Positions 1 through 13,234 of a stretch of 64,000 nt of DNA are shown here, one piece after another; positions within the stretch are counted from its first letter, which is position 1; each line of letters begins with the position of its first letter. The position numbers and the translations under genes are program-made. The notes below the pieces were generated by a model that saw only the letters and a list, made by a program, of their open reading frames with translations, ran no database searches and was not told the DNA's origin. Source of the stretch: Chitinophagales bacterium (lineage in GTDB: Bacteria > Bacillota > UBA5301 > DYFA01); NCBI GenBank assembly GCA_050260095.1, contig JBLNBQ010000142.1, positions 7,423 to 71,422 on the forward strand, read 5' to 3'.

Positions 1-766
1 CAGTTCCTTCGAGTTGGCCGGAAAGTGGATGAGCGCGGACGTCATCAACGTCTCGGCCAGCGGGTCCTCGGTGGAGAAGGGCGAATCGCTCCTCGACACC
101 GTGCGGACGCTGAATTCGCTGGGGGCTGACGCGATCGTCATGCGCCACCGCCAAGCGGGCGCGCCGGAGTTCGTCGCCCGGCACAGCCGCGCCGCCGTGG
201 TGAACGCCGGAGACGGAGCGCACGAGCACCCGACCCAGGCGCTGCTGGACCTCTTCACGCTCCGCCGGCGCCGGGGCCACCTGGACGGGTTGAAGGTCCT
301 CATCGTGGGGGACGTCGCACACTCCCGGGTGGCCCGGTCGAACATCTGGGGACTCTCCAAGTTCGGAGCGGAGGTGACGGTCTGCGGGCCGGCCACGCTG
401 CTCCCGCCGGGGATCGAAGCACTGGGCGGCGGGGTCAAGGTGACGAGCGACCTCGACGGGGCGCTGCCCGAGGCGGAGGTCGTCATGGCTCTGCGCCTGC
501 AGAAGGAGCGCCAGGCGAAGGGCCTGCTGCCGTCCCTGGCCGAATACTCCCGGGAGTACGGCCTGAATATGGCGCGGCTGCAGCGCTGCCGCCCCGACGT
601 GATCGTCATGCACCCAGGCCCGGCCAACCTGGGTGTGGAGATCGCCGAGGAGGTGGCGAGCGACCCGCGGTCGGTCATCGCCGACCAGGTGACCAACGGC
701 GTGGCGGTGCGGATGGCGCTGCTCTACGTTCTCCTGGGGAGGGATTCCGATGGAACTGTTGCTTAA
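1..766 (+). CDS. pyrB: aspartate carbamoyltransferase catalytic subunit (5' partial, runs off window start)
   Basis: Motifs HPTQ and HPGP and overall ATCase-like sequence in ORF 14..766; frame is open to window start; followed by pyrC in a pyr operon. Confidence 0.9.
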   Translation, partial: SSFELAGKWMSADVINVSASGSSVEKGESLLDTVRTLNSLGADAIVMRHRQAGAPEFVARHSRAAVVNAGDGAHEHPTQALLDLFTLRRRRGHLDGLKVLIVGDVAHSRVARSNIWGLSKFGAEVTVCGPATLLPPGIEALGGGVKVTSDLDGALPEAEVVMALRLQKERQAKGLLPSLAEYSREYGLNMARLQRCRPDVIVMHPGPANLGVEIAEEVASDPRSVIADQVTNGVAVRMALLYVLLGRDSDGTVA

Positions 767-2045
767 GGGCGGCCGGGTCGTCGATCCAGGGGGGCTGCTC
801 GACGCGGCGCTCGACGTGCGCGTGGTCGACGGTCGCGTGGCTGAAGTCGGGCCGGACCTGGCTCCGGGCAGCCCGGAGGCCGACTGCCGGCGGATCGACG
901 GGTGCGTGTTGGTGCCCGGCCTGGTCGACCTGCACGTGCACCTGCGGGAGCCCGGGCGGGAGGACGCCGAGACGGTTCGGACGGGGACGCGGGCGGCGGC
1001 GCGGGGCGGCTTCACGGCCGTCGCGGCGATGCCCAACACGCGCCCGGCCATCGACCGGGAGGCGATGGTGCGCTTCCTGACCGAGCGGGCCGCCGGGGAA
1101 GGCGCGGTGCGGGTTTATCCCATCGGGGCCCTGACCAAGGAGCGGGCCGGGGAGGAACTCGCCGAGATGGGCGACATGGCCCGGGCGGGCGCGGTGGCCT
1201 TCTCGGACGACGGCAACACGGTGATGAACGCGGCGCTCATGCGGCGCGCCATGGAGTACGCCAGGGCCCACGGACGGCCGGTGATCGTTCATGCCGAAGA
1301 CCGGACGCTGGTGGGCGAGGGTGTGATGAACGAGGGCCGGCTGGCGACGCGCCTCGGCCTCCCGGGGATCCCGGGGGCGGCGGAGGAGGTCATGGTGGCG
1401 CGGGACCTGATCCTCGCCAAGCTGACCGGGTGCCGGCTGCACGTGGCCCACGTCTCCACCGCGGGGAGCCTGGCGCTCATCCGCCAGGCGAAGGCGGAGG
1501 GGGTGCCGGTCACCTGCGAGGTGACCCCGCATCACCTCTTCCTGACGGAGAGGGCTGTGGAAGGGTATGACACCGCGGCCCGGGTCTCTCCTCCCCTGCG
1601 GACGGCCGCGGACTGCGCCGCCCTCCAGGACGGGTTGTGCGAGGGCGTCATCGACGCCGTGGCGACCGACCACGCCCCGCACACCCTAGAGGAGAAGCTG
1701 GTCGAGTTCGGCCAGGCCCCGCCGGGCATGGTCGGGCTGGAGACCGCGGTCGGCCTCCTGGTCGACCGGCTGGTCCGGCCGGGGCGGCTCACCTGGGGAG
1801 CCTTCGTGGAGCGCTGTGCCCGCGGCCCGGCCCGGGTGCTCGGCCTGACGCCGAACCGGATCGCACCCGGAGCAGTCGCCGACCTGACGGTCATCGACCC
1901 GCAGGCCCGGTGGACGGTGGACCCGTCGAGGTTCGCTTCGAAAGGGCGCAACACGCCGTTCGCCGGCCACACGCTGCACGGACAAGCCACGGCCACGGTG
2001 GTCGCCGGGCGCCTGGTGATGTGGCAAGGGGAGGTTTTGGTGTGA
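750..2045 (+). CDS. pyrC: dihydroorotase
   Basis: 431 aa; [10 protein letters not shown] metal-binding motif and amidohydrolase-like sequence; overlaps pyrB stop. Confidence 0.93.
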   Translation: MELLLKGGRVVDPGGLLDAALDVRVVDGRVAEVGPDLAPGSPEADCRRIDGCVLVPGLVDLHVHLREPGREDAETVRTGTRAAARGGFTAVAAMPNTRPAIDREAMVRFLTERAAGEGAVRVYPIGALTKERAGEELAEMGDMARAGAVAFSDDGNTVMNAALMRRAMEYARAHGRPVIVHAEDRTLVGEGVMNEGRLATRLGLPGIPGAAEEVMVARDLILAKLTGCRLHVAHVSTAGSLALIRQAKAEGVPVTCEVTPHHLFLTERAVEGYDTAARVSPPLRTAADCAALQDGLCEGVIDAVATDHAPHTLEEKLVEFGQAPPGMVGLETAVGLLVDRLVRPGRLTWGAFVERCARGPARVLGLTPNRIAPGAVADLTVIDPQARWTVDPSRFASKGRNTPFAGHTLHGQATATVVAGRLVMWQGEVLV

Positions 2046-3001
2046 GCGAAGGGAACCTGAACTTCGGAGACCGGCTGGTCGAGGCCGTCGAACGGAAGGG
2101 CACCCCGCTCGTGGTGGGGCTCGACCCTTCCCTGGCGGAAATGCCGGAGGCGGTGAAGGCGGAGGCCTTCCGGAAGTACGGAAATGGGCAGCGCGGCGCC
2201 GCCGAGGCGATCCGGCGCTTCAACCTGGCCCTCCTTGACGCGGTGGCCGACCTGGTGCCGGCGGTGAAGCCGCAGGCCGCCTACTACGAACAGCACGGCG
2301 CCGCGGGTTGGCGGGTTTTGGCCGAGACCGTCCGTGAGGCCAAGCGGCGCGGGCTCCTGGTCATCCTCGACGCCAAGCGGGGCGACATCGGCTCCACCGC
2401 CGCCGTCTACGCCGGCGCATGCCTGGGCGCGCGGGGCCTCGGGGCCGACGCGGTGACGGTGAACGCCTACTTCGGCTGGGACGGGGTGCAGCCGTTCATG
2501 GAGTATGCCCGGGAGGGCAAGGGCGCGTTCGTGCTGGTGCGCACCTCCAACCCGACGGGCGGCGAGGTCCAGGATTTCCCGGGGGCGGACGCGCCGGTGA
2601 AGGTCTCCGACCACCTGGCGGCGCAGGTCGCCGCGTGGGGGGCGCCGTACGTGGGCGGTTCCGGCTACGCGAGCCTCGGCGCGGTCGTGGCCGGCACCTA
2701 CCCCGCCGAAGCGGCCCGGCTCCGGCGGGCGATGCCAAAGGCCCCCTTTCTGGTGCCGGGCTTCGGGGCACAAGGAGCGGGGGCGGCCGAAGTGGCGCCC
2801 TGTTTCGCGCCGGACGGGCGGGGCGCGGTGGTCAACTCCTCCCGGGGGATCATCTTCGCTTACCGCCAGGCCGCGTACCGCGACCGGTTCGGGCCGGACG
2901 ACTTTGCCGGCGCCGCGCGGGCGGCGGTCCTGGCGGCCCGGGAACAACTGGCGGCCCTGGGCCGCGGCGGGAACGACGCCTCAGGGCGTCCAGCGGAGTA
3001 G
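2042..3001 (+). CDS. pyrF: orotidine 5'-phosphate decarboxylase (long type-2 form)
   Basis: GTG at 2042 overlaps pyrC stop (GTGA); sequence VGLDPS...ILDAKRGDIGSTA is OMP decarboxylase-like; the N-terminal 135 aa of track ORF 1637..3001 overlap pyrC and are rejected. Confidence 0.85.
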   Translation: MSEGNLNFGDRLVEAVERKGTPLVVGLDPSLAEMPEAVKAEAFRKYGNGQRGAAEAIRRFNLALLDAVADLVPAVKPQAAYYEQHGAAGWRVLAETVREAKRRGLLVILDAKRGDIGSTAAVYAGACLGARGLGADAVTVNAYFGWDGVQPFMEYAREGKGAFVLVRTSNPTGGEVQDFPGADAPVKVSDHLAAQVAAWGAPYVGGSGYASLGAVVAGTYPAEAARLRRAMPKAPFLVPGFGAQGAGAAEVAPCFAPDGRGAVVNSSRGIIFAYRQAAYRDRFGPDDFAGAARAAVLAAREQLAALGRGGNDASGRPAE

Positions 3002-3005
3002 AGAA

Positions 3006-3045
3006 TATGCACAAGATTGCATAACTATACAAAGCGTGGTAGAAT
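3006..3045 (+). promoter_or_regulatory. AT-rich internal promoter upstream of carA with a palindromic operator-like element
   Basis: TTGCAT (3017-3022), 17-bp spacer, extended -10 TGgTAGAAT (3037-3045); inverted repeat TATGCA-N6-TGCATA (3006-3023) overlaps the -35; the only AT-rich patch in the pyr operon. Confidence 0.4.
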
Positions 3046-3094
3046 GGACTGAATGCCAGGCCCCTGGCCTGCGAGGGGAAGAGACGGTGAAAGC

Positions 3095-4207
3095 ATGAGA
3101 CTTTGGGCGACGCGGCGCGGTCTTTTGGCGCTGGAAGACGGCTCCGTGTTCAGCGGCGAACTCCACGGGGAAGGTCCGGTCACCGGCGAGGTGGTCTTCA
3201 ACACCTCCATGACCGGTTACCAGGAGATTCTCACCGATCCGTCTTACGCGGGACAGATCGTGACCATGACCTACCCGCTCATCGGCAACTACGGCACCAA
3301 CGAGGAGGACGAGGAGTCGCGGGCGGCCCACGCCCGGGGGCTCGTGGTGCGTGAGCTCTCCGCCCACCCGAACTATTGGCGGTCCGGGCTCACGCTCGGG
3401 GAATACCTGGAGCGGGAGCACGTGGTGGCGCTCTCCGGCGTCGACACGCGCGCTTTGACCCGTCGGCTGCGGGAGCGCGGGACGATGCGGGGGATCATCG
3501 CTCCGGGCGACGCCGATCCGCTGGAGGCCGTGGAGATGGCCAGGCGGGCCGCCGACCCTTCAGCCAGCGATCTGGTGGCGGAGGTCACCAGCGCGACCCC
3601 GATGACGCTGGGGAGCGGCGACCGCCGGGTGGCGGTGCTCGACTGCGGGGCCAAGGGGAACATCATCGAGAGCCTGGTCGCGGTCGGGCTGGCCGTGACG
3701 GTCTTCCCGGCCCAAACCCCGGCGGCGGAGGTTCTGGAGTGTTCACCGGCCGGCGTGGTGATCAGCAACGGCCCGGGCGACCCGAAGCGGGTGCCGTACG
3801 TCAGCGCCACCGTCCGTGAACTGCTGGGCCGGGTGCCGCTCTTCGGCATCTGCCTCGGCCACCAGATCCTCGGCCTGGCGCTGGGGGGAGACACCTACAA
3901 GTTGAAGTTCGGACACCGGGGCGCCAACCATCCGGTCAAGGAACTGGCCCGGGGCAGGGTCTACATCACCTCGCAGAACCACGGGTACGCTGTGGCGGCG
4001 GAGAGCCTGCCGCAGGAGGTCGTGGTGACGCACCTCAACCTCAACGACCGGACTGTGGAGGGCCTGGCCCACCGGGAGCTGCCCGTCTTCTCGGTGCAGT
4101 ACCATCCGGAGGCCTGCCCCGGCCCGCACGATTCCGAATATCTGTTCGAGCGGTTTCTCAAGCTGACCAGCGGCGGCGGGCTCTCCGGCGCGGCGGTCTC
4201 GGCCTGA
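3095..4207 (+). CDS. carA: carbamoyl-phosphate synthase small (glutamine amidotransferase) subunit
   Basis: ATG 3095 with RBS GGGGAAGAG; CPSase small-chain N-domain and class-I GATase motif GICLGHQ. Confidence 0.92.
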   Translation: MRLWATRRGLLALEDGSVFSGELHGEGPVTGEVVFNTSMTGYQEILTDPSYAGQIVTMTYPLIGNYGTNEEDEESRAAHARGLVVRELSAHPNYWRSGLTLGEYLEREHVVALSGVDTRALTRRLRERGTMRGIIAPGDADPLEAVEMARRAADPSASDLVAEVTSATPMTLGSGDRRVAVLDCGAKGNIIESLVAVGLAVTVFPAQTPAAEVLECSPAGVVISNGPGDPKRVPYVSATVRELLGRVPLFGICLGHQILGLALGGDTYKLKFGHRGANHPVKELARGRVYITSQNHGYAVAAESLPQEVVVTHLNLNDRTVEGLAHRELPVFSVQYHPEACPGPHDSEYLFERFLKLTSGGGLSGAAVSA

Positions 4208-4236
4208 CCGGGGGAACCAGGGAAAGGGAGAGGGAA

Positions 4237-7481
<3,245 letters not shown>

Positions 7482-7485
<4 letters not shown>

Positions 7486-8333
7486 GCGTCTTCTCCGGAA
7501 AGGCGAGGGTGGCGCAGGCCGGCGCCTTGTCGTCCGGCGTGGCAGGACTTTGGGTGAATGCCCCGGAGATCGCCGCCGTGGCGGTGCCGGGTCAGTTCGT
7601 GATGGTGAGCGGTGGGCCGCAGCGGATCACGCGCCGGCCCTTCGGCGTGGCCGGGGTAGACCGGGCGCGGGGGGAGGTCCGGCTGGCGCTGCGGGTCGCC
7701 GGGACGGCGAGCGCGTGGCTCGCGGGGCGCCAGGCCGGCGAAGAGATCGAGCTGCACGGTCCTTTGGGCGCCGGGTTCGCCCTCCCGGAGCCGGGCGGCG
7801 AGGCCTGGCTGGCTGGCGGGGGGATCGGCGCCGCGCCGCTCCTCTTTCTGGCCGAGGCGCTCCGGGCGCAGGGCACGGCGGTGTGGAGCGCGGTGGGCGG
7901 CCGGACCGCCGCGGACGTCTGGGCCGCTCCCGAGCTGGGCCGGTTGGGCGGTGTGGCGGTGACGACCGAGGACGGTTCAGCCGGGGAGAAGGGCTTGGTG
8001 ACCATACCTTTGGCGGCGCGCCTCGCCCAGGCTGCCCGGGAGCCGGACAGGCCCCGCCCGGCCGTCTACGCTTGCGGACCCCGGGGCATGCTGGTGGCGG
8101 TCGCCCGCGCCACTCTGGCGGCCGGCCTGGACTGCCAGGTGTCGGTGGAGGAGCGGATGGCCTGCGGCGTCGGGGCGTGCGCCGGGTGCACCTGGCCCGA
8201 CGGGCGGCTGGCCGAGGGGCTGGCCCTGCGCCGCGTCGGGTCTCCGCCGGAGAGAGGGGGGGAGGGGGCCTCGGGCCACCCGCTCAGGGTCTGCCGCGAC
8301 GGCCCTTGTTTCTGGGTGGTGAGCGCGTCATGA
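7482..8333 (+). CDS. pyrK: dihydroorotate dehydrogenase electron-transfer subunit (class 1B)
   Basis: GTG 7482 overlapping carB stop; FAD/NAD-binding fold and C-terminal Cys cluster CGVGACAGC consistent with a 2Fe-2S site. Confidence 0.85.
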
Positions 8334-9313
8334 GCGCCCCGGTCCTGGCGGTGGAGGTGGCCGGCCTCCGTTTCCCGAGCCCTGTGCTGGTGGCCTCGGG
8401 CACCTTCGGGTACGGCTTCGACTACGGCAAGCTGTGCGACCCGCGACGGCTTGGGGGCGTGATCGTCAAGGGCACGACCCTGCGGCCGCGGCCGGGCAAC
8501 CCGGCGCCGCGCCTTTGCGAGACGCCATCCGGGCTTCTGAACTCGGTGGGGCTCGAGAACCCGGGGGTCGAGGCGGTCATCGACGACCACCTGCCGAAGC
8601 TGGCGGGGCTCGGCGTGCCGGTGCTGGTGAACATCGCCGGCGACTCCGAAGCTGACTATTGCCAGATCGTCGAGCGGCTGACCGGGGTGCCGGGGGTGAG
8701 CGCGCTCGAGGTGAACCTCTCCTGTCCCAACGTCCGTCACGGCGGGATGGCGTTTGGGACCGACCCTCAGGTGGTGGAGCGGCTGACCAGGCTGCTGCGG
8801 GCCCGCACCGACCTGCCGCTCTTCGTGAAGCTCTCGCCCAACGTGACCGACGTGGTCGCCACGGCGCGCGCCGCGGAGGCAGGCGGGGCGGACGCGCTCT
8901 CGCTCATCAATACCCTGCTTGGGATGGCGCTGGACGTCGACCGGGGCGTACCGGTGCTGGCGAACGTAACGGGCGGGCTGTCGGGGCCGGCGATCCGTCC
9001 GGTGGCCGTCCGCATGGTCTACCAGGTGGCGCAGGCGGTGCGGATACCGATCCTTGGGATGGGCGGCGTGGCGTCGGGGCGGGACGCGGTGGAGTTCCTG
9101 ATGGCCGGAGCCAGCCTCGTGGCGGTGGGCACGGCGCTCTTCCGCGATCCGGCCGCTCCCCTCCGGGTGACTGAGGAACTGGCGGAATTCTGCGCGCAGA
9201 AGGGCGTCCGCGAGGTCCGCCGCCTGACCGGCGTGGCGCTGCCGGGACGGGGCGGCCTGAAGGAGGCCGTGGACCCAGCCGGCGCGGGCATTAGGAAGGG
9301 GTGCGAAGCATGA
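8330..9313 (+). CDS. pyrD: dihydroorotate dehydrogenase catalytic subunit (class 1B)
   Basis: ATG 8330 overlapping pyrK stop (ATGA); TIM-barrel DHOD-like sequence GTFGYG...NVTGGLSGPAIRP; N-terminal part of track ORF 7550..9313 rejected. Confidence 0.92.
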   Translation: MSAPVLAVEVAGLRFPSPVLVASGTFGYGFDYGKLCDPRRLGGVIVKGTTLRPRPGNPAPRLCETPSGLLNSVGLENPGVEAVIDDHLPKLAGLGVPVLVNIAGDSEADYCQIVERLTGVPGVSALEVNLSCPNVRHGGMAFGTDPQVVERLTRLLRARTDLPLFVKLSPNVTDVVATARAAEAGGADALSLINTLLGMALDVDRGVPVLANVTGGLSGPAIRPVAVRMVYQVAQAVRIPILGMGGVASGRDAVEFLMAGASLVAVGTALFRDPAAPLRVTEELAEFCAQKGVREVRRLTGVALPGRGGLKEAVDPAGAGIRKGCEA

Positions 9314-9906
9314 AGGAGCGACCCAGCGAGGCGCAGATCGCGTCCTGGTTCGCCGAGACCGGGGCGCTGCTCCAGGGACATTTCAAGCTCAGTTCGGGCC
9401 GTCATTCCGAGGTATATCTGGAGAAATTCGCGGTCATCCAGCACCCGGAGTACACGACGCGGCTGTGCGCCGCGGTCGCGCAGGAGTACGCCGGGGCGGG
9501 CGTCGAGACGGTGATCGGGCCGCTCACGGGCGGTGCGATCCTGGCCTACGAGGTGGCGCGGCACTTGGGGGTTCGTTTCCTCTTCCCGGAGCGGGTGGAG
9601 GGGCAGATGACCCTGCGCCGCGGCTTCAGCGTCCGCCCGGGCGAGCGGGTGCTGGTGGTGGAGGACGTGGTCACCACCGGCGGCTCGGTCAAAGAGGTGC
9701 TGGCGATGCTGACCGGGCTGGGGGCCGAGGTGGTCGGCCTGGCCAGCCTCATCGACCGGAGCGGTGGGCTCGCCACCTTCCCGGTGCCTTTCACGCCGCT
9801 CTGGCGGGTGAACGCGGTTAGCTGGGCGCCGGAGGAGTGCCCGCTCTGCGCAGCCGGGGTGCCCCTGACGCAGCGGGGCAGCCGCGGCTTGGGGGACGGG
9901 CGCTAG
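9310..9906 (+). CDS. pyrE: orotate phosphoribosyltransferase
   Basis: ATG 9310 overlaps pyrD stop; PRPP-binding motif VLVVEDVVTTGGS. Confidence 0.9.
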   Translation: MKERPSEAQIASWFAETGALLQGHFKLSSGRHSEVYLEKFAVIQHPEYTTRLCAAVAQEYAGAGVETVIGPLTGGAILAYEVARHLGVRFLFPERVEGQMTLRRGFSVRPGERVLVVEDVVTTGGSVKEVLAMLTGLGAEVVGLASLIDRSGGLATFPVPFTPLWRVNAVSWAPEECPLCAAGVPLTQRGSRGLGDGR

Positions 9907-9980
9907 CCTCGGGAAGGAAATGGCGCGGCGGGGCCGAAGCTTTCCAGAGTCGACCATAGACCTCCAAAGGGGGCGGGAGC

Positions 9981-10508
9981 ATGGCGGACAAGCACCGGGT
10001 GGGCGTCATCATGGGCTCCGACTCTGACCTGGGCGTGATGCGCGAGGCGGTTAAGGCCCTCGAAGAGTTCGGCGTGGGGTGCGAGGTGGCGATCCTGTCG
10101 GCCCACCGCACCCCCGACGACGCCGCCGAGTACGCCCGCACGGCCTCGGCCAGGGGTCTGGGCGTGATCATCGCCGGCGCGGGCGGGGCCGCGCACCTGC
10201 CGGGAGTTTTGGCGGCGTACACGACGCTGCCCGTGATCGGCGTGCCCATCGATGCGGGCAAGGGGCTGGGCGGGCAGGACGCGCTGCTCTCCATCGTGCA
10301 GATGCCGCCCGGGGTGCCCGTCGCCACGGTGGGGATCGGCGCGGCCCGCAATGCCGCCCTGCTGGCAGTGGCGATCCTGGCGCTCGCCGACCATCGCCTC
10401 GCCGAGGCGCTCCACCGCTTCCGGCGGGAACAGGCCCAGGCGGTGCGCGGCAAACACGCCAAACTGCAGGCCGAGGGCTTCACCGCCTACGTGCCGGAGC
10501 AGCATTGA
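9981..10508 (+). CDS. purE: N5-carboxyaminoimidazole ribonucleotide mutase
   Basis: 175 aa; [10 protein letters not shown]...SAHRTPD...[12 protein letters not shown] is PurE-like. Confidence 0.92.
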   Translation: MADKHRVGVIMGSDSDLGVMREAVKALEEFGVGCEVAILSAHRTPDDAAEYARTASARGLGVIIAGAGGAAHLPGVLAAYTTLPVIGVPIDAGKGLGGQDALLSIVQMPPGVPVATVGIGAARNAALLAVAILALADHRLAEALHRFRREQAQAVRGKHAKLQAEGFTAYVPEQH

Positions 10509-10535
10509 CGGGCGGGGAGGAGGTTGGGGGAGCGC

Positions 10536-11294
10536 GTGATTAGTTTTGTGTTGCCTGCTTACAACGAGGAGGCCAACCTTCCGCCGCTTCTGGAGAAGAT
10601 CGCGGCGGTCATGGCGGAGAGCGGCCGGCTCTACCGGGTCGTCGCCGTCAACGACGGCAGCCGCGACCGGACGCCGCAGGTTCTCTCCGAACTAAGCGCC
10701 CGGATCCCCATCGAGGTGGTCACTCACCCTATAAACCTGGGCCTGCCCCAGACGATCCTGGACGGGTTGAGATACGCCAGCCAGGGTTGCGACCCGGGCG
10801 ATATCGTGATCACGATGGATGCCGACAACACGCACGAGCCGCGGTACGCTTTGGAGCTCATCCGCAGGGTTGAGGAAGGGTGCGACGTTGCGATCGCCTC
10901 CCGGTACCGGCCAGGGGCGGCCGAGGTCGGGCTCAGCGCCCACCGGCGCTTTCTGAGTAAGGCGGTCAACGTGATGTTGGCCGCTTGTCTGCCCATCCCC
11001 GGCGTCCGCGACTACACCTGCGGCTACCGGGCCTACCGAGCCAGCCTGTTGCAGCAGCTCTTCGCCGTCTACGGCGAACGGCTGATCGAGTCCACGACCT
11101 TCTCGGCGATGGCGGAGATCCTGCTCAAGGCGGGCTTTTTGGGCCTGGCCGCCGGCGAGATCCCACTGGTGCTCCGCTACGATCAGAAAGCCGGCGCCAG
11201 CAAGATGAGAGTCGTCCGCACCATCCTCGACTACCTGCGCATGATCGCCAGCCTCTGGTTGCGGCGGAGGGTGACCCTCCGCCCGGCCGCGTGA
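10536..11294 (+). CDS. family 2 glycosyltransferase, polyprenol-phosphate sugar synthase-like (DPM1/ArnC-type)
   Basis: SFVLPAYNEE N-terminus, DxD-type GT-A features; GTG 10536 preferred over TTG 10524 because of [13 protein letters not shown]. Confidence 0.78.
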   Translation: MISFVLPAYNEEANLPPLLEKIAAVMAESGRLYRVVAVNDGSRDRTPQVLSELSARIPIEVVTHPINLGLPQTILDGLRYASQGCDPGDIVITMDADNTHEPRYALELIRRVEEGCDVAIASRYRPGAAEVGLSAHRRFLSKAVNVMLAACLPIPGVRDYTCGYRAYRASLLQQLFAVYGERLIESTTFSAMAEILLKAGFLGLAAGEIPLVLRYDQKAGASKMRVVRTILDYLRMIASLWLRRRVTLRPAA

Positions 11295-11301
11295 GGAGGG
11301 G

Positions 11302-13017
11302 GTGCCGGTGAACCAGCGCTGGGTGGTGCTGCTCGTTCTTGCCGCGGCGCTCCTCTTCTTCGCCAAAGTGGGGATGCCGCTGACCGACGGTGACAGCGCC
11401 TATTACGGCACCATCGCCCGTCGCATCGTGGAGACGGGCGACTGGATCACGCTCCATTCCCGGAGCAACGACTTCGTCGATAAACCCCCGCTCAGCATCT
11501 GGATGATCGCTGCCGCCTACCGCGTCTTCGGCGTCTCCGACTGGACGACGCGGCTGGTCCATTCCTTGGTGGCCGTTGGCACCGTGCTCCTCACCTACGC
11601 CTTGGCGAGGCGCTTCTATCGACCTCGCACTGCCTTCCTCGGTGCGGCGGTGCTCTGCACCAGCCTGCTCCTGGCTTACATGGGTCAGGTTCCGCAGCAG
11701 GACGTGCCGCTCACCTTCCTCTCCATCCTGGCCCTTTACGGTTTCGTGCGATATCTGCAGACTGGCCGACCCGGAGCAGGGCTGCTCTGCTGCCTGGCCT
11801 CGGCGCTCGGGGTGCTCAACCGCGGCCTGCAGGGCGTCGTCTTCCCGGCGGCGGTGGCCGGGGCTTACCTGTCCATCCGGGCCGCGCGGCGGCGGTCCTT
11901 CTGGTTGCCGCCCGCGCCTGGCGAGGAGGGTGAGAGAGTCCCGGTGGGCCGCCGGGCCGATCTCTGGCTTACGCTGCTCGGCGGGGCGGTGCTCTTCACC
12001 GCGGTGGCGGTGCCATGGTTCTACCTTGGCTACCTGCGGCAGGGTCCCGACTTCCTGAACTACTTCTTCGGGAGCGGCAACGCCCGTTACCTACACCCGA
12101 TCCGGGCGGGCGGCGCGTGGGACAGCGTGATTTACCTTCCCATGCTGGTGCTCGGCTTTCTGCCCTGGAGCGGGTTCATCTTCCCGGCCCTGTGCCGGGC
12201 CTGGCGCGAGGGGCGCAGCGCCGCTTCCGGGGCGGGAGATCAGGGTGAAGCGCCGGCGGAGGGCGCACTGTTCATGATCGTCTGGTTCCTGGTCGGATTT
12301 CTGCTGCCCTTCGGCATCCGGTGGCGGGTGATTCGCTATCTGTTGCCAGCCTTTCCGCCTCTGGCCGTTTTGATTGGCCGCACGCTAGACCGCAGCCTGG
12401 CCGAGACGAAGCAAGACTCTGGCGCAGGGCGGGGTGTGTGGGTCGGTGCCTGGCTGACGCTGGCGGCAGCTCTGCTCTTCCTGGTGTCTGTCTTCATCGC
12501 GGCCCGGCCCTTTCCGCAGGCGCAAGCCGGCTTCCAACCCGTAATTCTGCCTTTTCTGGTCCTCTTTACCCTGACCCTCGGCGCAGGAGCCGCTGCGGCG
12601 CTCAGCCTTCACCGACCCGCCTGGATGATCGGAGTGCTGGCCGTGGGGTCGCTCGTCTCCTATCTGACGCTCTTCGATCAGCTGGACCACTCCGCCTACC
12701 TCTTGAATCCCTGGAAAGCGGCGGCTCGGACTGTAAACGCCAACGCTCGGCCGGGCGACCGCGTCGTCTGCTATGGTGACCTGCCGGTCTCGAGCTTCCT
12801 CCGTCTCGACATAGCTCAGCGCGTCGAACCGGCGGACGAGGCGCAACTCGGGAGATGGTTGGCCGAGTTTTCCCGGCCAGGTAGCGGTCGGCGGTTCTTC
12901 GTGCTCAGCACCGGCGAGGCGCTGGACCGCTACCGGCGCGCCCACCCGGAAGCGCCCGAACTCGCGGTTACCCGGTATCCGGGGGGCAGAGTGGTGGCGG
13001 TGGCTGGCGCGCATTGA
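11302..13017 (+). CDS. GT-C fold membrane glycosyltransferase (ArnT / PMT_2-like, GT83/GT39)
   Basis: 571 aa, more than 10 predicted TM helices; N-terminal DGDSAYYG...DKPPL loop motif typical of ArnT/PMT family; RBS GAGGAGGGGG immediately upstream. Confidence 0.72.
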   Translation: MPVNQRWVVLLVLAAALLFFAKVGMPLTDGDSAYYGTIARRIVETGDWITLHSRSNDFVDKPPLSIWMIAAAYRVFGVSDWTTRLVHSLVAVGTVLLTYALARRFYRPRTAFLGAAVLCTSLLLAYMGQVPQQDVPLTFLSILALYGFVRYLQTGRPGAGLLCCLASALGVLNRGLQGVVFPAAVAGAYLSIRAARRRSFWLPPAPGEEGERVPVGRRADLWLTLLGGAVLFTAVAVPWFYLGYLRQGPDFLNYFFGSGNARYLHPIRAGGAWDSVIYLPMLVLGFLPWSGFIFPALCRAWREGRSAASGAGDQGEAPAEGALFMIVWFLVGFLLPFGIRWRVIRYLLPAFPPLAVLIGRTLDRSLAETKQDSGAGRGVWVGAWLTLAAALLFLVSVFIAARPFPQAQAGFQPVILPFLVLFTLTLGAGAAAALSLHRPAWMIGVLAVGSLVSYLTLFDQLDHSAYLLNPWKAAARTVNANARPGDRVVCYGDLPVSSFLRLDIAQRVEPADEAQLGRWLAEFSRPGSGRRFFVLSTGEALDRYRRAHPEAPELAVTRYPGGRVVAVAGAH

Positions 13018-13178
13018 CACCTTCGCCAACCGTCTGATAAGATGAAGGTGCGAAGGCGATCGCGGCGACAACTCCATAACCATTGGAAGTGCATCTAGGG
13101 TTCCGCCCGGCTGGCCGGGGTCTGGACCGAGTGATGCAGGCGCCGCACGGCGCTACACCTTAGAGGGAGAAAAGCCCT

Positions 13179-13234
13179 GGCGGGTAGGTTTCAAGCTCTT
13201 GCAGCAGGAACCTGCCCGCTTGTCGTTTTTCTGG
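13179..13234 (+). terminator. intrinsic terminator / attenuator hairpin immediately upstream of the purB RBS
   Basis: Stem GGCGGGTAGGTT/AACCTGCCCGC enclosing a small inner hairpin, followed by TTGTCGTTTTTCT, then RBS GGGGGGGG and GTG 13248. Confidence 0.5.

Noticed and set aside
1637-3001. 454-aa version of pyrF with a 135-aa Arg-rich N-terminal extension; similar N-terminal extensions in track ORFs for pyrK, pyrD, purS, purQ, purH, rpe, remA, rsmB and pgsA
   Set aside because: The extensions overlap the upstream gene in another frame. Internal GTG/ATG starts that coincide with the upstream stop codons or follow RBS give proteins of canonical length.
13018-13178. Guanine/adenine (purine) riboswitch upstream of purB
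   Set aside because: The conserved aptamer motifs (GGAUAUGG loop, GUUUCUACC junction, GCACCGUAAAU loop, GACUA) are absent. Only a generic attenuator-like structure is supported.
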